IMG/VR virus record: IMGVR_UViG_3300009161_003648
Span: 21,708-85,707 of that record
DNA: 64,000 nucleotides
Source of the DNA: a virus
Lineage: Duplodnaviria > Caudoviricetes
Strand: one strand, 5' to 3'
Below are positions 30,514-39,963 of the stretch, piece by piece; the first letter of the stretch is position 1, and the number at the start of each line of letters is the position of its first letter. The notes under the pieces were generated by a model, which had not been told where the DNA came from, made no database searches, and saw nothing but the letters and a program-made list of their open reading frames with translations. The translations under genes were made by a program, and so were the position numbers.

Positions 30514-31983
30514 ATGAAAGTTGCACTTCTAATATCAGGATATTTAAGAAATTATGAACCAAACTTAAACTTTATACAAAAAAAAATCGTTGATAAGTTT
30601 GATAACGTTGATGTGTATTTACACATAACAAAAAATGAAAATTCTGAAGATAAATACTTTAATTTAATCGATGAAGAAAAAGATTTCAAAAAAATCACAA
30701 GTGCGTTATCACCAACTGTAACACTAATAGAGAATAATGTTAAATATAGCGACAATACTATTATAAATGGTATCGCAAACCAATGGAATAAACTTTACAA
30801 GTTAAATAAATTAAAGCAAATTAACGAGAGCACATCAGGTGTAGAATACGATTTAGTTATACGCTATAGGCCAGACTTATCAATAAATAACTTAAATATT
30901 TTAGATTTTGATATTACTAAAAATACAATCTATATTCCAAAAGATAGTAAAATTGATAAACCAAAATTAAAATATTATAATGATGGATATCTATGCGATG
31001 CATTAGCGTTTGGACCCTCTAAATTAATGGACTTGTATTTTAATATTTACACAAGAATAAACGAATTAATAGAAAAATATGGTTCAGCGTCAGAAACGCT
31101 ATTGTATTATTATTTAAAAGATAATAATATTTCACATACATTAGTTGATATCGATTACAGCTTTATTTTATCAAAATGTAATGTTTTTGCAATATGCGGT
31201 GACTCTGGTTCGGGAAAAAGCACTTTAAGTAAAATACTTAAAGAATCTTTCTTTGATTCTTTTACCTTAGAATGCGATAGGTATCACAAATGGGAGAGAC
31301 ATAATGAAAATTGGGGCAAATTAACGCATCTAAATCCAGACGCAAACTATATCACAAAAATGAATGAAGATATTTTTAACTTAAAATTAGGTAAAGAAAT
31401 ATTTCAGGTTGACTATAATCACGAAAACGGAAAATTCACTGAAAAACAATTAATTAACCCGTCAAACAATTTAATTGTCTGCGGTCTACATAGTTTGTAC
31501 GATAAAAACTCTTCTTCTGTTTATGATATAAAAATTTTTATGGATACCGATGAAACATTAAAGAAAAAATGGAAAATAAAAAGAGATGTCACAGAAAGGG
31601 GTCATTCGGTTGAAAAAATACTAGACAGTATTAAAAAAAGAGAAGACGATTTTAAAGAATATATATTACCACAAAAAAACAACGCAGATGTTATTGTTAA
31701 TTTTTTTAGTAACGATGACATAGATTTAAATGATTTAAACCATGTTGAAAATCTTAGCCTTAAACTATCAATACATAAAAAATTTGAGATTAAAAATATT
31801 TTAAGTACATTTACAAATCAGAATATTAACTATTCAGTGGATAATTCAGACGAAAACTTTATAAAAATAGAATTTTTAGAATATAAACCAATTAATTTAT
31901 TTGGTGATGACACATCACTTAACACAAATACTTTTTATGATTATATAAAATATTTTATTTTTAATTTAATCTTTACAAATTAA
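30514..31983 (+). CDS. Fusion: putative glycosyltransferase (N-terminal) + phosphoribulokinase/uridine-kinase-like P-loop domain (C-terminal)
   Basis: N-terminal VALLISGYLR...YDLVIRYRPD; C-terminal GDSGSGKS Walker A, DRYHKWER, THLNPDAN, IVCGLH, KIFMDTDE..K.KWKIKRD..ERG. Confidence 0.8.
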   Translation: MKVALLISGYLRNYEPNLNFIQKKIVDKFDNVDVYLHITKNENSEDKYFNLIDEEKDFKKITSALSPTVTLIENNVKYSDNTIINGIANQWNKLYKLNKLKQINESTSGVEYDLVIRYRPDLSINNLNILDFDITKNTIYIPKDSKIDKPKLKYYNDGYLCDALAFGPSKLMDLYFNIYTRINELIEKYGSASETLLYYYLKDNNISHTLVDIDYSFILSKCNVFAICGDSGSGKSTLSKILKESFFDSFTLECDRYHKWERHNENWGKLTHLNPDANYITKMNEDIFNLKLGKEIFQVDYNHENGKFTEKQLINPSNNLIVCGLHSLYDKNSSSVYDIKIFMDTDETLKKKWKIKRDVTERGHSVEKILDSIKKREDDFKEYILPQKNNADVIVNFFSNDDIDLNDLNHVENLSLKLSIHKKFEIKNILSTFTNQNINYSVDNSDENFIKIEFLEYKPINLFGDDTSLNTNTFYDYIKYFIFNLIFTN

Positions 31984-32013
31984 CTTTTTTTTATTATTTT
32001 TTAAACAAAAACT

Positions 32014-32739
32014 ATGGATAAGCTATATCAAATTAGTAACGAAAACAAATTAAATATTATCGAACAAACAACATATGATAAATTTAATAATTTTATTTTT
32101 TCTGACGATTTAAAATTAACAGGTAAATTATTACACCGATTTGAACACTTTTTAAAAATTAAAGACCTACCTGGTGACATTGTTGAAATTGGTGTGTTTA
32201 AGGGCTCTGGTGTCTCTAGCTTCATGAAATTTATTGAAATCTATTGCCCCAACTCAAATAAAAAAGTTGTTGGTTTTGATATTTTTGACACTATTGAAGC
32301 TAAAGAAATTTTAGAAAAAGATAGCGATATCGATAAAGACAATATGTTGGTTGTCTATGATAGGGTTAAATCAGATGATTTAACAATTGAATCCGTAACT
32401 AAAAGACTCGAACAAACTAAAATAGATTCAAATAAATACAAATTAATAAAAGGGGATGTACAACATAGCATTCCAAAATTTTTAGATGAAAATTTAGGGT
32501 TTAGAATCTCATTATTATATATTGATGTAGATTTAGACAGACCAACGTATTATTCACTTAAATATTTGTGGGACCGAATCCTACCAGGTGGTGTAATTTT
32601 ATTTGATGAGTACGAATATCATAAATTTAGCGAAAGCACTGGTGTTGAAAGATTCTTAAAAGAAGTTGGACTTGATTATGATATAAAATCAACAAACTGG
32701 GTAGCACCAACAGCGTTTATGATTAAAAAAAGCTTTTAA
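32014..32739 (+). CDS. TylF/MycF/NovP-family sugar O-methyltransferase
   Basis: PGDIVEIGVFKG, VGFDIF, IKGDV, LLYIDVD, PGGVILFDEY. Confidence 0.85.
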   Translation: MDKLYQISNENKLNIIEQTTYDKFNNFIFSDDLKLTGKLLHRFEHFLKIKDLPGDIVEIGVFKGSGVSSFMKFIEIYCPNSNKKVVGFDIFDTIEAKEILEKDSDIDKDNMLVVYDRVKSDDLTIESVTKRLEQTKIDSNKYKLIKGDVQHSIPKFLDENLGFRISLLYIDVDLDRPTYYSLKYLWDRILPGGVILFDEYEYHKFSESTGVERFLKEVGLDYDIKSTNWVAPTAFMIKKSF

Positions 32740-32740
32740 C

Positions 32741-33421
32741 GTGGATGAGAAAGAAAAAAATATTAAAGAACTTATAGCCTTATCAACGCAGGTGTCAAAA
32801 TATTGTGTCGGTATGGAGGGTAATATATCCTCAAAAAATAAAGATACGTTGTTAATAAAAGCTAGCGGGGCTAAGTTATCTAATTTAACCGAAAGCGATT
32901 TAGTTGAATTTGATTTTAATGGACACCAACTTTCAAATTTTTCAAAAAAAGGGAGTATGGAATTAAGTTTTCATACTTTTTTATTGTCATTCAAAGATGT
33001 AAATTATATTTCACATACGCACCCAACAAACACTTTAAAAATATTATGTAGTTCGTTAGACAAAAAATTTGCAGTAAAAAGATTATTCCCAGACCAAGTT
33101 GTTTTTAATGGTGTGAAAGCATGTCTGGTACCATACGCAAAACCAGGTATTGAACTAACAAATTTAATAAAAAAACATGTGTCTGAATTTATTTCTGAAG
33201 AAAAGTACTTCCCAAAGTTGATTTTATTAAAAAATCATGGTATTATTGCATGTGGTAAGACAATTGACGAGTGTATCATAATAAGTGAAATTTGTGAAAA
33301 GTCTGCTGAAATATTTATCGGCGCTGTTAGCATTGATAATATAACATTTTTAACTGATGAATCGGTTAACGATTTATTAATTGATAAAAACGAAAAATAT
33401 AGACAAGAATTATTAAAATGA
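32741..33421 (+). CDS. Class II aldolase/epimerase (adducin family)
   Basis: EGNIS, IKASG, SMELSFH, HTHP, LKNHGIIACG (Zn-binding His residues). Confidence 0.85.
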   Translation: MDEKEKNIKELIALSTQVSKYCVGMEGNISSKNKDTLLIKASGAKLSNLTESDLVEFDFNGHQLSNFSKKGSMELSFHTFLLSFKDVNYISHTHPTNTLKILCSSLDKKFAVKRLFPDQVVFNGVKACLVPYAKPGIELTNLIKKHVSEFISEEKYFPKLILLKNHGIIACGKTIDECIIISEICEKSAEIFIGAVSIDNITFLTDESVNDLLIDKNEKYRQELLK

Positions 33422-33711
33422 AAGTTATTTACGTTGATATAGATGAGACTATATGTGAAACACCAGAACCAAGAAATTATTTTAATGCGAAACCAATATA
33501 CGAAAATATTTCTAAAATAAATAAATTATACGATGAAGGTAATACAATCGTATATTGGACGGCTAGAGGTAGCAGAACCCAAATAAATTGGTATGAATTA
33601 ACAAAAAAACAACTAATTGAATGGGGCGCAAAACATCATGAACTAAATGTTAGCAAACCGTATTATGATTTATTTATTGACGATAAAACAATTAGAATAG
33701 AAGAAATATGA
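33418..33711 (+). CDS. Small HAD-like phosphatase
   Basis: YVDIDET (motif I), YWTARG, KP.YDLFIDDK. Confidence 0.8.
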   Translation: MKVIYVDIDETICETPEPRNYFNAKPIYENISKINKLYDEGNTIVYWTARGSRTQINWYELTKKQLIEWGAKHHELNVSKPYYDLFIDDKTIRIEEI

Positions 33712-34199
33712 TATTAATATCACACAGAGGTAACATAGTCGGACCAAATAAACAAAGGGAAAACATGCCATCTTATATAGATACAGCCATATCAGCAGGA
33801 TATGAGGTAGAGGTGGATGTAAATTATATTAATGGCGTTTTTTATCTGGGCCATGACACACCAGATATCGAAATAAGCGAAGTTTGGATAAAAAAAAGAA
33901 AAAATAAAATATGGTTTCATTGTAAAAACATGCAAGCTGCTGCTAGATTTAAAGAGTTAGAAAATTTAACTGGTGAAAGTTATAAATTTTTTTGTCACAC
34001 ATCAGATACGTTTGTCTTAACCAGTACAAACCATATATGGGTTCACGACTTAAATTTAGATTTGAACGATAAATGCATAATTCCACTTTTAAGTGATAAA
34101 GATGTTACCAGTTATAATGGAAATATTGTACATGCTGTTTGTACAGATTACATTTCATTTGCCAAATTTAATTTAAAAGAAAAAGGCTTATATAAATAA
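33708..34199 (+). CDS. Glycerophosphodiester phosphodiesterase-like (PLC-like) protein
   Basis: ISHRGN, EVEVDV, LGHD, WFHCKN, VCTDY. Confidence 0.75.
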   Translation: MILISHRGNIVGPNKQRENMPSYIDTAISAGYEVEVDVNYINGVFYLGHDTPDIEISEVWIKKRKNKIWFHCKNMQAAARFKELENLTGESYKFFCHTSDTFVLTSTNHIWVHDLNLDLNDKCIIPLLSDKDVTSYNGNIVHAVCTDYISFAKFNLKEKGLYK

Positions 34200-34202
34200 A
34201 AT

Positions 34203-35093
34203 ATGAAAAACTCACTTATATGGACTAACCCATCTATCACTTGTTTAGGTGATAGACTAGTTGATACTATGATATTATCAACCTATGCTAAAATAATTGA
34301 TGCTGACCTATATTTTCCATGGAAAGACTGTCCATTTACAATAGGTGGCGGCAAAAACCCAACCTATTCTTATAAAGAAGATGAAAACAAAACGTGGGAT
34401 GCGGTTAGATTTGAAGATTATAAATTTGAAAATTATTCAAAATATTTTAACTTACCAAAAAATATTAAAATAAACGAAACAACAAATAATATAACACATT
34501 ATTTTAATGATGTTTTAGGTGGTTGTGTATCGCCACAACTTTTTTATAGAAAATATGTTTCTGATATATGTTCATTAGAAGAATTTAATAAAGTGTTTAA
34601 AGAAACAATGAATGAATTTAAACCAACAGAAAATTTATTAAAATTAGTTGGAAACAAACCAAAACCAAATGTTTCTGTTCATTTGAGAAGGACAGATAAA
34701 ATAAATGTTCGGGGCGATTATAGTAGCTTTATGACATATGAGGGATTAGACTATTTAAATGATATTACCAAAGAAGCTATAGGTAAATTAAACGGTGATG
34801 ATAAATTATTTTATTTTTCATCTGATGATAAAAATGAAAGAAATAAATACCATCTTTTATATTCAAATCATATCGAACACGAAACCAATTGTACCGATAT
34901 TGAAAAAACGTACATAGATTTATACATGTTGTCTATTAGTGAATATATAATATTATCACAAGTGCATTCAAATTTTTCTGTTTTTGCTTCATATATAAAT
35001 AATTCAAAATTAGTATATCTTTATGATAATTGCATGATTGTTACGCAAGAGTTTAATGGTAACGATAATTTTATATACTATAAAAATCTTTAA
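34203..35093 (+). CDS. Fucosyl/colitosyltransferase-like GT (GT11/GT23 clan)
   Basis: LGDRL, SVHLRRTDK, FSSDD, DLYMLS..EYII....SNFS. Confidence 0.7.
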   Translation: MKNSLIWTNPSITCLGDRLVDTMILSTYAKIIDADLYFPWKDCPFTIGGGKNPTYSYKEDENKTWDAVRFEDYKFENYSKYFNLPKNIKINETTNNITHYFNDVLGGCVSPQLFYRKYVSDICSLEEFNKVFKETMNEFKPTENLLKLVGNKPKPNVSVHLRRTDKINVRGDYSSFMTYEGLDYLNDITKEAIGKLNGDDKLFYFSSDDKNERNKYHLLYSNHIEHETNCTDIEKTYIDLYMLSISEYIILSQVHSNFSVFASYINNSKLVYLYDNCMIVTQEFNGNDNFIYYKNL

Positions 35094-35105
35094 AAACACA
35101 TACAC

Positions 35106-35708
35106 ATGACTTATACCAAACAAGATTTAATAAACTTTGAGGAAGACATTGCCGAATGTTTCAATAACGCATTAATTAAAGCACCTGTTCATTTATATTA
35201 TGGTAATGAAAAACAAATGTTAGATATTTTTAAAAATATAAAAAATGAAGACTGGGTTTTTTGTACATGGCGCTCACATTATCAGTGTTTATTAAAAGGT
35301 GTACCACAAGAAATTATTAAACAGGATATATTAAATGGAAAATCAATAACACTTTGTTATCCTGAATATAATATATATTCATCAGCAATTGTTGGCGGAA
35401 ATATCCCAATTGCAACTGGTGTTGCACTAGATATAAAAAGAAAAAATCAAGCAAATCACGTATGGTGTTTTGTTGGCGATATGGCTTCTGAAACGGGTAC
35501 ATTTTTTGAAAATTGGAAATACAGTATAAATCATGATTTACCAATTACTTATGTGATAGAAAATAACTCTAAATCCGTATGTACAGATACACTAAAAACA
35601 TGGAACACTAACGAATTATTTTTTAAGAATGAAACAAGAAAAATAATTTATTATGAATACGAAAATAAATACCCACATGCTGGTGCAGGTAAAAGAATAC
35701 AATTTTAA
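35106..35708 (+). CDS. TPP-dependent E1-alpha-like subunit (short)
   Basis: APVHL..GNE, TWRSHY, IVGGNIP.A.G, GDMASETG (GDG-type TPP motif)...ENN. Confidence 0.85.
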   Translation: MTYTKQDLINFEEDIAECFNNALIKAPVHLYYGNEKQMLDIFKNIKNEDWVFCTWRSHYQCLLKGVPQEIIKQDILNGKSITLCYPEYNIYSSAIVGGNIPIATGVALDIKRKNQANHVWCFVGDMASETGTFFENWKYSINHDLPITYVIENNSKSVCTDTLKTWNTNELFFKNETRKIIYYEYENKYPHAGAGKRIQF

Positions 35709-35710
35709 AT

Positions 35711-36247
35711 ATGAAATATTTTGACGAATTAAAACGCTCAATGGACTGGTTAGGCGAAAAGCCAGACACTTTATTTTTAGGTCAAGCTGTTGAATATGAC
35801 GGAACTGCAATAACAAATACATTAAAAGGTGTTAATAGAAATAAATTACTTGAAATGCCAGTCAATGAAGAAATGCAAATGGGGATGACGCTTGGTTTAG
35901 CACTGAACGGCACAGTACCTATTTCTATCTTTCCAAGATGGAATTTTCTTTTGTTAGGTGCAAATCAATTAATTAACCATATTGACAAAATAAAAATAAT
36001 GTCTAATGATGGCTACAAACCAAAGATAATTATTAGAACTGCTATTGGCTCACAAAGACCACTACATCCACAACATCAACACATTTCAGATTTTACCCCT
36101 TCATTTAAAGGCATGTGCGATTTTGTTGATATTATTAAACTAGACGAAGCAAACCAAATATTTGATGCGTTTAAATATGCATATGAAAGAACTGACAATA
36201 GACCTACGTTATTAGTTGAATGGGGTGATTATTATGGTGAAAAATAA
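35711..36247 (+). CDS. TPP-dependent E1-beta/transketolase pyrimidine-binding subunit (lacks C-terminal domain)
   Basis: LGQAV, LEMPVNEEMQMG..LGLAL.G, HPQH; only 178 aa. Confidence 0.8.
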   Translation: MKYFDELKRSMDWLGEKPDTLFLGQAVEYDGTAITNTLKGVNRNKLLEMPVNEEMQMGMTLGLALNGTVPISIFPRWNFLLLGANQLINHIDKIKIMSNDGYKPKIIIRTAIGSQRPLHPQHQHISDFTPSFKGMCDFVDIIKLDEANQIFDAFKYAYERTDNRPTLLVEWGDYYGEK

Positions 36248-36252
36248 AAATT

Positions 36253-37239
36253 ATGTTAGGAATAAATTCTAAATATGAAAATGTTAATTTTTTAAAGTTA
36301 AAAAATAAAACAATACTAATAACAGGTGCATCTGGTTTGGTCGGTATTAATTTATTATCGTCACTAAAACCAATACAAAAAGAATATAATATTACAATTT
36401 ATATCTGGGCTAAAAATGAAAATAAAATTTTTGATTCATTATTTGAAGACTGTGTAAAAATTGTTAATGATATCACAGATTTCAATGCCTTTACTAACCT
36501 TCCAAAATTTGACTATATTATTCATTCTTCAGGATATGGTCAACCCTTTAAATTTTTATCGGATAAATTAAAAACAATTCAAATTAATACCTCATCAACA
36601 ATAAAACTATTAGAATTATTGAAAGATGACGGTACTTTTTTGTTTATTAGCTCTAGCGAAGTTTATAATGGGTTATTTAAACACGAAATTAACGAGAATG
36701 AAATTGGTATGACAAATACACAACATCCAAGAGCACCATATATTGAAGGTAAAAAATGCGGAGAGGTAATATGTGACGCATATCGTGAAATGGGTAAAAA
36801 TATTAAAATTGCTAGATTAAGTATTGCTTATGGTCCAGGTACTAAAATTGGTGATACACGTGTTATTAATTCTTTAATAGATAAAGGGTTAAATAACGAC
36901 TCAATTGAATTAATGGATGATGGTAGCTCATTAAGAACATTTTGTTATATTTCCGATGTAATAGAAATGCTTTGGAATATAACATTAGATGGTAAAGACT
37001 TCATATATAATGTTGGTGGTATTGACACATTAAGTATTTTTGAGTTAGCGCATAAGATTGCAAAAATACTTGACAAAAGTGTTATTTTACCTATATTAAA
37101 CAAAGAATTAGTTGGTAGTCCAAAATTGGTAAATTTATCAATCCAAAAATACATAAATGAATTTGGTAAAGATAGTTTTACCCCAATTGATATTGGTTTG
37201 GCTGAAACAATTAATTGGCAAAAAAAATTAAATAGATGA
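36253..37239 (+). CDS. NAD-dependent epimerase/dehydratase/reductase (extended SDR, UXS-like)
   Basis: ITGASGLVG, ISSSEVY, YIEGK (YxxxK), ARL..AYGPG, DG...RTFCYISD. Confidence 0.85.
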   Translation: MLGINSKYENVNFLKLKNKTILITGASGLVGINLLSSLKPIQKEYNITIYIWAKNENKIFDSLFEDCVKIVNDITDFNAFTNLPKFDYIIHSSGYGQPFKFLSDKLKTIQINTSSTIKLLELLKDDGTFLFISSSEVYNGLFKHEINENEIGMTNTQHPRAPYIEGKKCGEVICDAYREMGKNIKIARLSIAYGPGTKIGDTRVINSLIDKGLNNDSIELMDDGSSLRTFCYISDVIEMLWNITLDGKDFIYNVGGIDTLSIFELAHKIAKILDKSVILPILNKELVGSPKLVNLSIQKYINEFGKDSFTPIDIGLAETINWQKKLNR

Positions 37240-38396
37240 AAGAAGTTAAATTAATCAATGATACAATTAACAAAACAGACATAACCGAATTAATTAAATG
37301 GTTAGAAACAAATCCAAGATTAACAAAAGGTGAATTAACAATTGAATTTGAAAAAAAATGGTCTAAATGGCTCGGTCGAAAATATTCTGTTTTTGTTAAC
37401 TCTGGGTCATCGGCTAATTTGGCTATGGTATATGCGCTAATGCTATCAAACAGATTAAAAAACAATAAAATTGTTATCCCATCAGTTTCATGGACAACAA
37501 CAGTAACGCCAGCAATTCAATTAGGTTTAGAACCAATATTGTGCGAATGCGATGACGAAACATTAGGTGTTGATATTGAAAATTTTAAAAAAATTATTAC
37601 CGAACATAAACCAGCCGCATTAATGTTGGTACATGTTTTAGCATTTCCTTGTAAAATGGACGAAATAATACAATTGTGTAATGACAATGATATTATTTTA
37701 ATTGAAGACTCTTGCGAATCAATCGGTTCAACATTTAACGGTATTAAAACTGGTAATTTTGGATTAATGAGTACCTTTTCGTTTTATTATGGACACCACA
37801 TATCAACGATTGAAGGTGGTATGATATCAACTGACGATAAAGAAATATATAATTTATTATTAGCAATAAGGTCACATGGATGGGATAGAGACTTTGATAA
37901 AGAATCACAATCACTTATTAGGTCTGAAAATAATATTGATGACTTTAGGGGTCTTTTTACATTTTATTACCCAGCCTTTAATTTAAGGTCAACCGACTTA
38001 CAAGCGTTTATTGGGTTAAGACAAATTGAAAAAATTGATAGCTTTTCTGAAATAAGAAATAAAAATTTTAAACTTTATAACTCGTTAGTTATAAATGATT
38101 TTTGGAAAATTAAAGACAATGATAATTGTTTTTATTCTAACTTTGCATATCCTGTAATAACACCTAATATAATTGAATTATCCAAAGAACTTCAATCAAA
38201 TAATATTGAATGCAGACCACTAGTTTGCGGCTCAATAGGATTACAACCGTTTTGGAAAAAACTTTATGGTGAAGTAAATTTTGAGTTTGCTAACAAAGTT
38301 CATAATTATGGCCTATATTTACCAAATCATATCGAGGTGATTGAAGATGATATAAAAAATATAACAAATATTATAAATAAACATACTAAAATTTAA
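37236..38396 (+). CDS. colD: GDP-4-keto-6-deoxymannose 3-dehydratase (ColD-type PLP enzyme of the DegT/DnrJ family)
   Basis: NSGSSANL, EDSCES.G, FSFYYGHHISTIEGG (His where aminotransferases have the Schiff-base Lys), RSHGW, ECRP; 386 aa with no evident Fe-S cysteine cluster of E1/DdhC. Confidence 0.75.
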   Translation: MKEVKLINDTINKTDITELIKWLETNPRLTKGELTIEFEKKWSKWLGRKYSVFVNSGSSANLAMVYALMLSNRLKNNKIVIPSVSWTTTVTPAIQLGLEPILCECDDETLGVDIENFKKIITEHKPAALMLVHVLAFPCKMDEIIQLCNDNDIILIEDSCESIGSTFNGIKTGNFGLMSTFSFYYGHHISTIEGGMISTDDKEIYNLLLAIRSHGWDRDFDKESQSLIRSENNIDDFRGLFTFYYPAFNLRSTDLQAFIGLRQIEKIDSFSEIRNKNFKLYNSLVINDFWKIKDNDNCFYSNFAYPVITPNIIELSKELQSNNIECRPLVCGSIGLQPFWKKLYGEVNFEFANKVHNYGLYLPNHIEVIEDDIKNITNIINKHTKI

Positions 38397-38399
38397 ATT

Positions 38400-38999
38400 A
38401 TGGAACATTGGTTAATTGATGAAGCAAATTATTTTAATACAATTAAAGACAATTGTAATATTATTTTTGACATTGGTGCGTCTTATTCACCATATGTTGA
38501 ATACCCACAAGAAGTACACTATTTTGACCCACAACCATCAGTTATTGAAAACCTAAAACAATTACCGAATAATAATATTAAAAGTTTTTTTAATGAGTTT
38601 GGTTTGAGCGATGAAGAAGCTATATTGCCATTTTATAGATACGGTGATTTTGTAACCGTTACGGAATATAAAATGGGTGATTTTAAATTAAAAGTTGGTA
38701 AAGACTATATGGTAGAAAATAATTTAACAAAAATTGATTTTTTAAAAATTGATGTTGAAGGTTTTGAATTAAAGGTTTTAAAAGGTTTTGGTGAATATCT
38801 TAATAATGTTAAATATATTCAATTTGAATACGGTACTGGCTTAAGAGATGCTGGTTCAAATTTATCAGAAGTTGTAACATATTTAAAATCTTTTGGTTTT
38901 GATAATTTTAGTATAATAAATTCAGGTGTTATTCTTACTGATTATACTGATAATTGGCAATTATGTAATATTGCGTGTATTAATAAAAAATTGGTTTAA
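38400..38999 (+). CDS. FkbM-family SAM methyltransferase
   Basis: IFDIGA, IDFLKIDVEGFE..VLKG, YIQFEYG. Confidence 0.85.
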   Translation: MEHWLIDEANYFNTIKDNCNIIFDIGASYSPYVEYPQEVHYFDPQPSVIENLKQLPNNNIKSFFNEFGLSDEEAILPFYRYGDFVTVTEYKMGDFKLKVGKDYMVENNLTKIDFLKIDVEGFELKVLKGFGEYLNNVKYIQFEYGTGLRDAGSNLSEVVTYLKSFGFDNFSIINSGVILTDYTDNWQLCNIACINKKLV

Positions 39000-39008
39000 A
39001 AATATATT

Positions 39009-39911
39009 ATGAATAAATTATTAGTAACAGGGGCAAATGGATTAGTCGGCTCTGCAATTAATGCCGATGTAAAGATTGGTAAAGAATACGATTTACGAGA
39101 CGCTAATGCGACAAATAAATTGTTTTTAGAACATAAACCAACACATGTAATTCATTGTGCTGGTAAAGTTGGCGGTCTTGGCGGTAACATGAATTTCAAG
39201 GGTGAATATTTCTATGACAATATTATGATTAATACAAATGTTATAGAGTCGGCAAGAAAAAACGGTGTTGAAAAATTAGTATCGTTTTTGTCGACTTGTA
39301 TTTTCCCAAATAATATTGAATACCCATTGACAGAATCGAAAATACATTTAGGTGAACCTAATTATACAAACTACCCATATGCTTATGCAAAAAGAATGGC
39401 CGACATTCAAATAAGAGCGTATCGTGAACAATACGGTATTAAATATACGTCTGTTATTCCAACCAATATTTATGGGCCAAATGATAAATTTTCATTAGAG
39501 CAAGGTCACGTTGTTCCGATGTTAATACATAAACTTTATTTATCATTAATGAACAATACTGATTTTATTGTTTGGGGGTCTGGAAAACCATTAAGAGAAT
39601 TTATTTATTCAAAAGATGTCGCTAAATTAGCTGAATGGGCAATTTATAATTATGATGAATCAGAACCAATAATTTTTAGTACATCAGAAGAAATTAGTAT
39701 TGTTGATTTGGTTGATTTATTAGTTAAAGAATTTAACTACAAGGGTAGGGTGATATTCGATTCAACCAAACCAGATGGACAATTAAGAAAACCATCTGAT
39801 AATAGCAAATTAAAAAAATATTTACCTAACTTTGAGTTCACGCCTATAGAAATTGGGATTAAAGAAACCGTTAACTGGTTTTTAGAAAATTATGAAACAA
39901 TAAGAAAATAA
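39009..39911 (+). CDS. fcl: GDP-L-fucose synthase / GDP-colitose synthase (epimerase-reductase)
   Basis: TGANGLVG, AGKVGG..GN, LSTCIFP, YAYAK, TNIYGPND, HVVPMLI, WGSGKPLREF. Confidence 0.9.
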   Translation: MNKLLVTGANGLVGSAINADVKIGKEYDLRDANATNKLFLEHKPTHVIHCAGKVGGLGGNMNFKGEYFYDNIMINTNVIESARKNGVEKLVSFLSTCIFPNNIEYPLTESKIHLGEPNYTNYPYAYAKRMADIQIRAYREQYGIKYTSVIPTNIYGPNDKFSLEQGHVVPMLIHKLYLSLMNNTDFIVWGSGKPLREFIYSKDVAKLAEWAIYNYDESEPIIFSTSEEISIVDLVDLLVKEFNYKGRVIFDSTKPDGQLRKPSDNSKLKKYLPNFEFTPIEIGIKETVNWFLENYETIRK

Positions 39912-39963
39912 AATTAAATAATAAAAAAAATTTTATTAATTATAACAGGCAAAATTTTTAGAA

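Noticed and set aside
30514-31983. Phosphoribulokinase as an auxiliary carbon-fixation gene
   Set aside because: The kinase domain is fused to a GT-like domain inside a glycan cluster, and no RuBisCO or other Calvin-cycle genes are present
35106-36247. Pyruvate dehydrogenase as a central-metabolism AMG
   Set aside because: Both subunits are truncated relative to PDH E1, no E2/E3 is present, and the context is NDP-sugar enzymes
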